NCBI GenBank assembly: GCA_964371245.1
Contig: CAYJKP010000001.1
Span: 379,042-443,041 of the forward strand
Reading direction: 5' to 3'
Origin: an uncultured Gammaproteobacteria bacterium
GTDB lineage: Bacteria > Patescibacteriota > Patescibacteriia > JAHIZJ01
Length of the DNA stretch: 64,000 nucleotides
In this document: positions 50,432-58,090 of the stretch, one piece after another
How positions within the stretch are numbered: position 1 is the first letter of the stretch
Layout of the letters: every line of letters begins with the position of its first letter
The notes under the pieces: model-generated
What the model was told of the DNA's origin: nothing
The model's database searches: none
Seen by the model: the letters and a program-made list of their open reading frames with translations, nothing else
Position numbers and translations under genes: made by a program

Positions 50432-51102
50432 CTGCGTTTTTGACAATTCGTGTGTGAGAGAGGAGCGGGGAGAGCGCCGTGTTCTGCCCAGTCGTAAAAG
50501 CCCGGACTCCTGTCTGCGCCGGCGAATGTCGGCAGGACGGGCTCCGGTGCACTTGGCACTGGGCCACGCGCTCAAGAAGAACTTCGCTACGGTCTAGCGA
50601 GATCTTGCGTCAGGGTAAGCCTCCGGGGAAATGCGGCGTCTGTCGCGTTCCGGCCGGTCTATCCAAAGGCTGATCCGACACTTTCTGGCCAACACTAGTC
50701 GGATTGGAAGCGCTTTTCTCGGGTCGCGGGAGACGGCCGTCAGTGGTTCGTAAGCGGGGAGAACCTGCGCCACCGATTGCGTCGTCGTTCATGTCGATAC
50801 CGCGCCATCTACGCTTCCACCCTGTAGTACGTTCGCTTCTCTCTCACACTTTCGTTCTCTTCGTCTCTCCGCCACCTCCGTGGGGGAGGAAATCCTCGGC
50901 TGGACCCGGACTGCTGGTCGAGGTGGCTGCATGGCTGAGTGTTGGACGGGGCTCCACCAGGAGCTTCATACGCCGCAACGGCCTTCCGTTGGACGTTCAG
51001 CGCTTACGCGCATGGCCTACGTTCAGTCCGAAACCACCAGTGCGTCTAGCCTTTACCGGCTAGCGCGGGGCCCAATCCCATCAGGGAGCGGGCTCTTTTT
51101 CT
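50432..51102 (+). ncRNA. Candidate large structured ncRNA-1 (about 670 nt), family unknown
   Basis: 16-bp long-range helix 50452-50467/50834-50849 plus more than 10 nested helices, many with G-U pairs; own promoter and terminator; no credible ORF. Confidence 0.7.
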
Positions 51103-51104
51103 TT
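51067..51104 (+). terminator. Intrinsic terminator of ncRNA-1
   Basis: GGGGCCC..TCCC/GGGA..GGGCTCT + TTTTCTTT. Confidence 0.75.
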
Positions 51105-51332
51105 GCAAAGAGCCAACAAATAATAAAGCCAACGGACATCGTAGAGCTATGTTTTTATCAAAGCCAATGATGGCGGGGTCTCGTTCTATTATCCTTTGCT
51201 GATTCTACAAGGCTTGCGCCGAAAACAAAGATTTTCGGCTACGATATTGGTTGCGTGCAGGCGGGCCGTTGTTATTTTCATGATTGTCCAACTACACGGC
51301 ATTAAACTCGTCGTTTTTATCCACACATTTTC

Positions 51333-51360
51333 TTGACACTGTGGCAGGGCGTGATATCCT
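51333..51360 (+). promoter_or_regulatory. sigma70 promoter of ncRNA-2
   Basis: TTGACA-16nt-TATCCT with TG extension; homologous to the ncRNA-1 promoter. Confidence 0.7.
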
Positions 51361-51366
51361 GAAAGC

Positions 51367-51662
51367 CTGTACCATGAAAGGATAAAACCGAGAGCGAGGA
51401 GGGAGAGCGTCGCCGAGAGAGCCGACGCCGCATTCCGGTTCTGATAGGGGACCATCGCTGATACGCGCACCTGCAGCCCGTCCGCGGCGGCGTTTTCCAG
51501 AAACTGACCGTTCCCGAGTCTTTCTGGAGACTGACCGTGTCAGAAGCCACCTGACAACCAAAGCCCTTCGGCTGGTTGTCCTTCGCCGTCCGTCTGACGC
51601 CCCCTCCTCCATTGTTTCTCTCGTTTCTATCCCTTGCCCGGCTCTTCGGAGTGCGGGTTTTT
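51367..51662 (+). ncRNA. Candidate structured ncRNA-2 (about 295 nt), paralogous unit
   Basis: Long-range helices 51380-51394/51618-51632 and 51396-51412/51595-51609, internal hairpins, terminator CCCG-GCTC-TTCG-GAGT-GCGGG-TTTTT. Confidence 0.7.
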
Positions 51663-51915
51663 AATTTGATCCATCCGTGTAGAGATCCTCTAGTTTCCAA
51701 GCAAGCGCGGAAGGGGAAAACGACAGAACGAATGTGTTTGAACTGTCTGATACGGAAAAGAAAAAAACAAGCTCGCGGCCGACCCGGTTCGTATGAACGA
51801 GGTTCAGCCTTTTCACGGTGTATCGCTTCCGTCCCCAGGTGAAGGCATGAGGCGTGATTTTCCGCCCGACAAAGGAAGCCAGAACGTGAACCGGTTCGTT
51901 TATCTTTTCATACAT
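51661..51915 (-). CDS. Small SOS-cassette protein (DUF6504-like)
   Basis: V.V...F....I.P..F.W..KRY.V..., FFSVSD....F.L.F......WKL; located between lexA and dinB. Confidence 0.75.
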   Translation of the reverse strand: MYEKINEPVHVLASFVGRKITPHAFTWGRKRYTVKRLNLVHTNRVGRELVFFFSVSDSSNTFVLSFSPSALAWKLEDLYTDGSN

Positions 51916-51920
51916 AAAGC

Positions 51921-52014
51921 AATTCAAAATTCAAAATGTAAAATTAAAAATTGAGGAAGCCCGCCCAGAGCGGGCACAATCATTTTGCATTTTGAATTAT
52001 TAATTTTGAATTTC
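51921..52014. repeat. Palindromic element of AT-rich heptamer repeats around a GC hairpin
   Basis: AATTCAA-AATTCAA-AATGTAA-AATTAAA-AATTGA ... GCCCGCC-CAGAGCGGGC ... TCATTTTGCATTTTGAATTATTAATTTTGAATT. Confidence 0.85.
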
Positions 52015-52020
52015 ATCATT

Positions 52021-52677
52021 CTATTTCGCCGGCTGAAAGTTTCTGGTGTACGTCTTATAATTCTGCCAGTTGTGCTCGAACGTCCGAAAGATCGCCCGGA
52101 CAATGCCCTGGATGGCCGGGTTCTTCGCGTAAATCGGTTTCATCTTTGCGTTGGCTGGCTGGAGCCGAATGCGGTCGCGTTCGCGGTAGTAGCGTTTTAG
52201 GGTGGCATAGGTGTTGTCGAGCAGCGCCACGACGACGTCACCGTTCCGCGGGTAGAAGCTCCGCTCGACGATCACAAAGTCGCCGTCGAGAATGCCATCG
52301 TCAATCATTGATTCGCCTTTGACTTTCAGAACGTAGGAGTTTTCGTCGCGTACGATCTCGGCCGGGACGGTAATTGTTTCCCGCTCTTCGATTGCCTCGA
52401 TCGGCGCACCAGCCGTAATCAAGCCGGCCAGGGGCAACTCAATCGCTTTTTTGAAGCGGGCCACGCGGGTCGGTTCGAGCGAACGGGCCTTGCCGGCGTC
52501 GGCCTTAAGAAACCCTTTGTCCTCCAGGCCGCGGATATGCTCGGCGATGGTAGCGGGGGAGGAGAGGCCAAGGTGGTCGGCGATTTCCCGATAGCTAGGA
52601 GAAAAATCGTTGATCTTAATGAACTCGACGACGAAGTCGAGAATTTCTTTTTGTTTTTTGGTAAGGCGTTCGGTCAT
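52021..52677 (-). CDS. lexA: SOS repressor LexA
   Basis: LTKKQKEIL.F...PSYREIA HTH; ITAGAP cleavage site; GESM (Ser) and ATLKR (Lys). Confidence 0.96.
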   Translation of the reverse strand: MTERLTKKQKEILDFVVEFIKINDFSPSYREIADHLGLSSPATIAEHIRGLEDKGFLKADAGKARSLEPTRVARFKKAIELPLAGLITAGAPIEAIEERETITVPAEIVRDENSYVLKVKGESMIDDGILDGDFVIVERSFYPRNGDVVVALLDNTYATLKRYYRERDRIRLQPANAKMKPIYAKNPAIQGIVRAIFRTFEHNWQNYKTYTRNFQPAK

Positions 52678-52686
52678 ATGGTTGGA

Positions 52687-52742
52687 AATTAAGAATTAAT
52701 AATTCAAAATTTAAAATGCAAAATTATGGAATACGGAATTAA
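52687..52742. repeat. Heptamer-repeat arm downstream of the four-helix-bundle gene
   Basis: AATTAAG-AATTAAT-AATTCAA-AATTTAA-AATGCAA-AATTATG.. Confidence 0.8.
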
Positions 52743-52753
52743 AGGACAGTGGT

Positions 52754-53101
52754 TCACTCTTTTGATTTGAGTATGATGGTTGCGATAATTTTTGAAAGCT
52801 CATCATTTTCCATCGCTATGTTTTTTATTTGGGAATGCTTGATACCAGACAGCGATCCCAATACAGTCAACCAATATTCAGTTTCTCTGGCAGAGCGCAA
52901 GGCAATGCTCATATAGCGCCGGAACTCTTTCTTTGTTGCACCGTGTTGTGCCTCAACAATATTTGCCCCGATTGAACACCCTGAACGCATAACTTGGCTC
53001 CTGACGGCTCTTGATTCCGGTGTTAGAGTGACCGATTGAAGAAAATGGGCGAGGGTGATGCTAAATTGCAGTGCCCGCTGATGAATAGTAACAGTAGCCA
53101 T
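52754..53101 (-). CDS. Four helix bundle protein (23S rRNA IVS / bAvd-like, TIGR02436-type)
   Basis: QVMRSGCSIGANIVEAQ....KKEF...IALRSARET.YWL. Confidence 0.9.
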   Translation of the reverse strand: MATVTIHQRALQFSITLAHFLQSVTLTPESRAVRSQVMRSGCSIGANIVEAQHGATKKEFRRYMSIALRSARETEYWLTVLGSLSGIKHSQIKNIAMENDELSKIIATIILKSKE

Positions 53102-53135
53102 AAAAATCTTTTCTGTTCCTTGCCGCCTTCCTTCC

Positions 53136-53160
53136 TTTTGAATTTTACATTTTGAATTTC
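53136..53160. repeat. Heptamer-repeat arm upstream of the four-helix-bundle gene (inverted relative to the downstream arm)
   Basis: TTTTGAATTTTACATTTTGAATTTC. Confidence 0.75.
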
Positions 53161-53171
53161 TAGCCATTTTC

Positions 53172-53199
53172 ATTATACCGAACAAAAACCGAACGTCAA
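53172..53199 (-). promoter_or_regulatory. SOS operon promoter with overlapping direct-repeat LexA box
   Basis: Minus strand TTGACG-TTCGGTTTTTGTTCGG-TATAAT; GTTCGG-N5-GTTCGG direct repeat fills the spacer. Confidence 0.85.
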
Positions 53200-53309
53200 G
53201 GGGTAGTTATCCACAAAGGTAAAAAACCGCTAATTATGGAAGTTTTCAAAACAAAAAGCACCGAGAAGGGTGCTTACGATGAAGGGTGCTAGCGATAGTT
53301 GGGACGCGT

Positions 53310-53660
53310 TTACCCGCGAGAGTGATGTTCCAGAGTGTGTTGTTGGTAGGCATGCCGCACCCAATGGAATAGGCCGAAGGAAACAAGGCCAGGGAGAAAG
53401 AGCACGAGGAGGCAGAAAAGCAGCGGCGTAAAGGTCTGTGACCCGAGGGAGGACGAAAGCTCCATGATCATCGATTGCGCTGTTTCCTGCAGAACGAACG
53501 TTGCCACGACCGTGAACGCCATCCAGCCGAACAGCAGAAGCCAGGGCGTGGCGGACCCATCGGGGCGGTGAATGAAGTGCCAGAGAGCCGATACAGCAAG
53601 TATCAGAGCGATGGCGTTACAGATCCAGAACGCGATCGCGGGACCGACGAGACGTTTCAT
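53310..53660 (-). CDS. Hypothetical 3-TM ORFan
   Basis: SD GAGGAGGT before ATG; three hydrophobic segments; GC-rich. Confidence 0.65.
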   Translation of the reverse strand: MKRLVGPAIAFWICNAIALILAVSALWHFIHRPDGSATPWLLLFGWMAFTVVATFVLQETAQSMIMELSSSLGSQTFTPLLFCLLVLFLPGLVSFGLFHWVRHAYQQHTLEHHSRG

Positions 53661-53963
53661 GGGTACCTCCTCTTGAACAAGCCGCACTCCATCGGTATCC
53701 TACAGGGTTTATTATTTTTTGGCTAGATAGAGGAATGCATGAATATTGAATTCTCGCTAGACAAAAATCAGTAGATATGCTATAATTATACTATGAAAAT
53801 AAATATCAAAAGAAATTCACAACGGTTTAGAGTATGTAATCCCGCCCAGCGAGCTGAGTGGGTTTTTATTATGCCAACGCTACATTCAAAAGATGACCTG
53901 TCGAAACAGCAGCGCTGGTATGAAAAGATAATCATGCGGTTTGGCATTCATGCCTAAATAGAC

Positions 53964-56390
53964 ATGTGGAAACCGTTTACCAGTAGTTTAACGCGCCGGG
54001 TAATATTCCAAGTGTCGCTGTCAGCGACTGTTATGCTTGGAGCATTGATTTACGTTTCACTATCAAACACCTCGGCGAGTTTGAAAAAAGAAATACAACT
54101 GCGCGTCAATCAGCAAGGGGAAGCATTATCCCTTATTTTTAATAATAGCCTTGAGAGACTCTATTTTGATACTGATTCTTTTGCCCAGCGAACAGCCATC
54201 AAAAACGGAAGCCAAACATTAAGCAATCAACCTGACCTGACAACCATCGGCAACCTAGCGGAATATACGTCGCTGAAAGAAGCGCTTATCGATGAACAGA
54301 GTGCGCGAGACGCAAGTTTTATCGCCATTGTCAACGCCAAAGGGCAAATATTGGCCGCGAGTACGAACGCCCAAACGGGTAAAAAATTATCAATCAATGG
54401 ATATGTTGATGAGGTATTGAAGAGTGGACTCTCGGTTAAATCTTTCGAAATTATTCCCAGTACCGAATTAACCCTTCTGAGCCCAGAATTATTAGAACAG
54501 GCGAGGGTTGATCGTCGCACGACCGAATACCAAAAAACAGGCTGGCGCGATAAAAAAGCTGAAACGGACGGTTTGTTCATGACGGCGGTATCTGTGATAA
54601 AGAAAGACAACACGGTAATTGGCGCTGTCGTCAGCGGTATCCTAATGAATAACGACATGGCGCTTCTTGAGAGCGTCACCAAAAAAAGCGGCGGCATCGC
54701 CACAATCTATTTATACGACGCTCGGATAGCGACAACACAAACGGATCAAGATCGGAACGAAACAGCCAAGGGTACGCTCGCCTCGGAAGACGTTGTGAAT
54801 GCCGTTTACGTTTCACAAAATGATTTTTCGGGCCGGTCTTTTGAAGTGAATGACTGGTATCTGATGTCGTATATTCCGTTACGCGATAGCAACAACGAGG
54901 TCGTTGGGAGCATCGCTCGGGGCATCATAGAATCAGAAATACAAAAAAATATTTCGGGGTTGCAATGGCGGTATGTCATTATGGGAGGAATAGCCGTAAT
55001 GATCGTTTTTATTGTCACGAGTATCATCACTCGGCAAATCGTCAATTCATTGAAAAAGTTGGCAGCGAACGCCTATCGGATCAGCCGCGGTAATCTGGAT
55101 ATCGACATCAAGGCGCCGGATCGTGACGATGAAATCGGCGATCTGACGCACAGCTTCATTATCATGAAGGATAAACTCCTAGAATATTACACGAAACTTG
55201 AAGATCTGGTCGCACAACGGACACAGGAGCTGCGTCAAAAAGTGAAAGATCTTGAACACGCTCAGCATTCAATCGAACGAGAAAAAAACAAATCAGAATC
55301 AATCCTAGCAAATGTCGGCGATGGCGTCATGGCGTTGGATGAGAATCTTACCTTTATTGCGTGTAACGAAGCGGCCGTTGAATTATTCGGCTATACAAAC
55401 ACTGACGTTATTGGAAAACAGCTTGATGACATTATTGTTCTAAAAAGCCTGAAGCTTGCCAATGCGAATAAAGAGTACTCGCCCATCATGGAGTCCATAA
55501 AAACCGGTCAGATCATCGTAACCGGAACCGGTGAATACGCGATCGTAAACAAGGCAAAAAAAGAAATACCCGTCACCATTACGGCGGCGCCGCTCATTGA
55601 CGCGCACGGGGTTATTAAGGGCGGCGTTGTCGTGCTCCGGGATGTGACAAAAGAGCAGGAAATTGATAAAATGAAGTCAGAATTCGTCTCGGTCGCCTCG
55701 CACCAACTGCGGACGCCGTTATCGGCCTCAAAGTGGTTCTTGGAGATGTTGCTCGATGGTGACGCCGGCAAGCTCAATGATGAGCAACGGGAGTACCTTG
55801 ACCATACCTATAAATCGAATGAACGGATGATCGCGTTGGTCAACGACCTGCTCAATGTTTCTCGGATTGAATCCGGCACAATCGCCATCGAACCGACCAG
55901 CACCGATATGGATGGCATGGTCAAAAGCGTTCTCTTTGAACTGACTCCGCTGATCAAACAGAAAAATATCAAAACAGTTTTTAAGGCATTGCCCGGCGGC
56001 ACGCCGAAGATTAAAATCGATTCAAAGCTTATTCGCCAGGTCTTTCAAAATCTTCTTTCAAATGCAGTGAAATATACGCCGGAGAGCGGAACGACAGGCG
56101 TGCGAATCACAAAAGCAGGCAAGTATCTCCAATTTGAAATTTTTGATTCCGGCGTCGGCATACCAAAAGTACAGCAGTCAAAGGTGTTTAAGAAATTTTT
56201 CCGGGCCGACAATGTGATTACGCTCCAGACGGAAGGCACCGGGCTAGGACTCTATGTGGCGAAATCAGTCGTTGACGCCTCTGGCGGTAAAATCTGGTTT
56301 ACGTCCAACGAAGGACAGGGGACGAGCTTTTTCTTCACGCTCCCCTTGGCCGGCAGCAAGCGGCGCGAAGGCGAAAAAACATTAATCTAA
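53964..56390 (+). CDS. Sensor histidine kinase (Cache-HAMP-PAS-HisKA-HATPase)
   Basis: Two TMs, RIAT Cache motif, DEIGDL HAMP, PAS N.AA..LFGY, SHQLRTPL, NLLSNAVKY, DSGVGI, GTGLGL. Confidence 0.95.
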   Translation: MWKPFTSSLTRRVIFQVSLSATVMLGALIYVSLSNTSASLKKEIQLRVNQQGEALSLIFNNSLERLYFDTDSFAQRTAIKNGSQTLSNQPDLTTIGNLAEYTSLKEALIDEQSARDASFIAIVNAKGQILAASTNAQTGKKLSINGYVDEVLKSGLSVKSFEIIPSTELTLLSPELLEQARVDRRTTEYQKTGWRDKKAETDGLFMTAVSVIKKDNTVIGAVVSGILMNNDMALLESVTKKSGGIATIYLYDARIATTQTDQDRNETAKGTLASEDVVNAVYVSQNDFSGRSFEVNDWYLMSYIPLRDSNNEVVGSIARGIIESEIQKNISGLQWRYVIMGGIAVMIVFIVTSIITRQIVNSLKKLAANAYRISRGNLDIDIKAPDRDDEIGDLTHSFIIMKDKLLEYYTKLEDLVAQRTQELRQKVKDLEHAQHSIEREKNKSESILANVGDGVMALDENLTFIACNEAAVELFGYTNTDVIGKQLDDIIVLKSLKLANANKEYSPIMESIKTGQIIVTGTGEYAIVNKAKKEIPVTITAAPLIDAHGVIKGGVVVLRDVTKEQEIDKMKSEFVSVASHQLRTPLSASKWFLEMLLDGDAGKLNDEQREYLDHTYKSNERMIALVNDLLNVSRIESGTIAIEPTSTDMDGMVKSVLFELTPLIKQKNIKTVFKALPGGTPKIKIDSKLIRQVFQNLLSNAVKYTPESGTTGVRITKAGKYLQFEIFDSGVGIPKVQQSKVFKKFFRADNVITLQTEGTGLGLYVAKSVVDASGGKIWFTSNEGQGTSFFFTLPLAGSKRREGEKTLI

Positions 56391-56397
56391 CAATACT

Positions 56398-56778
56398 ATG
56401 ACGACTCAACCTATTACCGTACTGGTGGTCGAGGATGAGGACATTATTAGCAAGGCGCTGCAAACAAAACTTGAAAAGAACAATTTTAGCATTCGAGTAG
56501 CTCGGGAAGGTGAAGCGGGCTTGGCCTTGGCGGCTTCAGCGAAGCCAGACGTTATTCTTGTAGATTTATTGATGCCAAAGGTAAGCGGTTTTGAATTTTT
56601 ACGACGGTTGAAAGAAAACAGCGATCTAAAAAGTATCCCGGCGATTGTCTTAACGAATCTTGATGACACGAGCTACCAGAAAAAGGCCATGGACTTAGGC
56701 GCGGCTGAATATCTCGTGAAAACCCGGACCAATCTGGACGAATTGAAGAACAAAATTCACGAATACGCTAAACGCTAA
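56398..56778 (+). CDS. Single-domain response regulator
   Basis: VLVVEDE, PDVILVDLLMP, LTN, YLVK. Confidence 0.93.
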   Translation: MTTQPITVLVVEDEDIISKALQTKLEKNNFSIRVAREGEAGLALAASAKPDVILVDLLMPKVSGFEFLRRLKENSDLKSIPAIVLTNLDDTSYQKKAMDLGAAEYLVKTRTNLDELKNKIHEYAKR

Positions 56779-56782
56779 GACA

Positions 56783-57148
56783 ATGGCGAAGATACTCGTG
56801 GTTGAGGACGAGATATTTTTATCTGAAGCCTTAACGGATAAGCTTCGGAAATCGAAATATACCGTTGAGGCGGCGATGGACGGTGAGCAGGCCTTGATAA
56901 AGGTTGGCTCGTTTAAACCCGAGCTGATCCTGCTCGATATTCGGATGCCGAAAAAGGACGGTTTTTCAGTAATCCGAGAATTAAAGAACAGTCCAACCAC
57001 AAAAGATATTCCCGTTATTATGCTTTCAAATTTTGGAGAAGCAAACGAGGTTACGAAAGCAAAATCGCTTGGTGCGCAGGATTATTTCGTCAAGGCAAAT
57101 CTTAAATTAGTCGATTTGTGCACGAAGATAAAAAATCTACTCGGCTAA
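56783..57148 (+). CDS. Single-domain response regulator
   Basis: KILVVEDE, LILLDIRMP, LSN, YFVK. Confidence 0.93.
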   Translation: MAKILVVEDEIFLSEALTDKLRKSKYTVEAAMDGEQALIKVGSFKPELILLDIRMPKKDGFSVIRELKNSPTTKDIPVIMLSNFGEANEVTKAKSLGAQDYFVKANLKLVDLCTKIKNLLG

Positions 57149-57175
57149 CGCGTCATTATTTTTAAATTATCGTCA

Positions 57176-58090
57176 ATGTCATACAGATCGCTCGATCGAG
57201 TGCTGGGGGATATCCAAAAGTTCAAATATCAAGGCGCCACAGCGGTTGCCCGGGCAACGCTCAACGCCTATTGCGACTTTGGTATTCACTTGCAGCTGAA
57301 ACGTACCGCCAATTGGCTGGCCCAAATGAAGGCGGCGCGCAACTACCTCCGGCAGAATAATCGGCCGACCGAGCCACTGGCCCAGAATGGCCTACTTTTC
57401 GTTTGGGACCGCATCCGGCGCCAACCGACAAAATTCATTCTCAAAAAATCAACCGCTGAATTTCTCCTCTTGCTGACGCAAACCCAAGAACGCATCAGTC
57501 TTCTTGGCCGGGCCCTCATTCAAACGGGTGATAAAGTCTACACCCATTGTCATTCGTCAACCGTCGAGCAGCTTCTCGTTAAAACGCACGAAAAAAAGAA
57601 ATTTCAAGTCTTTGCCTCTGAAACGCGGCCGCTGTATCAGGGACACATTACTGCGAAGAAATTACGAGTGAATAAGATACCGGTTACGATTGTCGTTGAT
57701 GGCGCCGGTCCGTTTCTGGTCAGCGAAGCCTCAGGCAAAGAACTCATGATGGATTCGGTCGTCATCGGCGCCGACGTTATTTACGCCGATGGATCAATAA
57801 TTAACAAAATTGGGAGTTATGGCGTAACGCTGGCAGCCGCCGAGCAAGGCGTGCCCGTTTATATCGTTTGCAGCCTGTTAAAATACAGCCAGGCAACCGT
57901 TGTACCGATCGAATGTCGTCCGGCAAAAGAAGTATGGTCAGGCGCGCCAGCGGGTATTGAGATCATTAATTTCGCTTTTGACTGCGTACCGGCGAAAAAT
58001 ATTACCCGGCTCGTGACCGAATTCGGCTTGATCGTGCCGCGTCAGGTTCGGGCGTATGTAAGAAAGTATTATCCCTGGCTGAAACGATGA
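57176..58090 (+). CDS. Ribose-1,5-bisphosphate isomerase (eIF2B-like)
   Basis: QGAT.VA, RPTEP, THCHSSTV, ETRP.YQG, IGAD, NKIGS, N.AFD; adjacent to RuBisCO and AMP phosphorylase. Confidence 0.88.
   Translation: MSYRSLDRVLGDIQKFKYQGATAVARATLNAYCDFGIHLQLKRTANWLAQMKAARNYLRQNNRPTEPLAQNGLLFVWDRIRRQPTKFILKKSTAEFLLLLTQTQERISLLGRALIQTGDKVYTHCHSSTVEQLLVKTHEKKKFQVFASETRPLYQGHITAKKLRVNKIPVTIVVDGAGPFLVSEASGKELMMDSVVIGADVIYADGSIINKIGSYGVTLAAAEQGVPVYIVCSLLKYSQATVVPIECRPAKEVWSGAPAGIEIINFAFDCVPAKNITRLVTEFGLIVPRQVRAYVRKYYPWLKR

Noticed and set aside
50869-50905. GGGGGAGGAAAT resembling the RNase P GAGGAAAGUCC motif
   Set aside because: It forms a local GAGG/CCTC hairpin, and the 3' AGAACCCGGCUUA partner and other RNase P conserved regions are absent.
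50432-51662. tmRNA, group I/II intron, CRISPR array or DGR template interpretation
   Set aside because: No tRNA-like ends, no domain V or GUGCG ends, no regularly spaced repeats, and no RT or Cas gene or evident TR/VR pair in the window.
50479-51700. Short ORFs on both strands between dinB and the DUF6504-like gene (e.g. 50704-51063 +, 51317-51700 -)
   Set aside because: Arg/Pro/Ser/Gly-rich compositions, no clear RBS or domain, and they overlap dense RNA helices. 50704-51063 does end just before the terminator, so a small peptide cannot be fully excluded.
51317-53215. Replication origin suggested by DnaA boxes and AT-rich repeats
   Set aside because: The boxes are single and far apart, no dnaA/dnaN is nearby, and the AT repeats are explained by the heptamer-arm elements.
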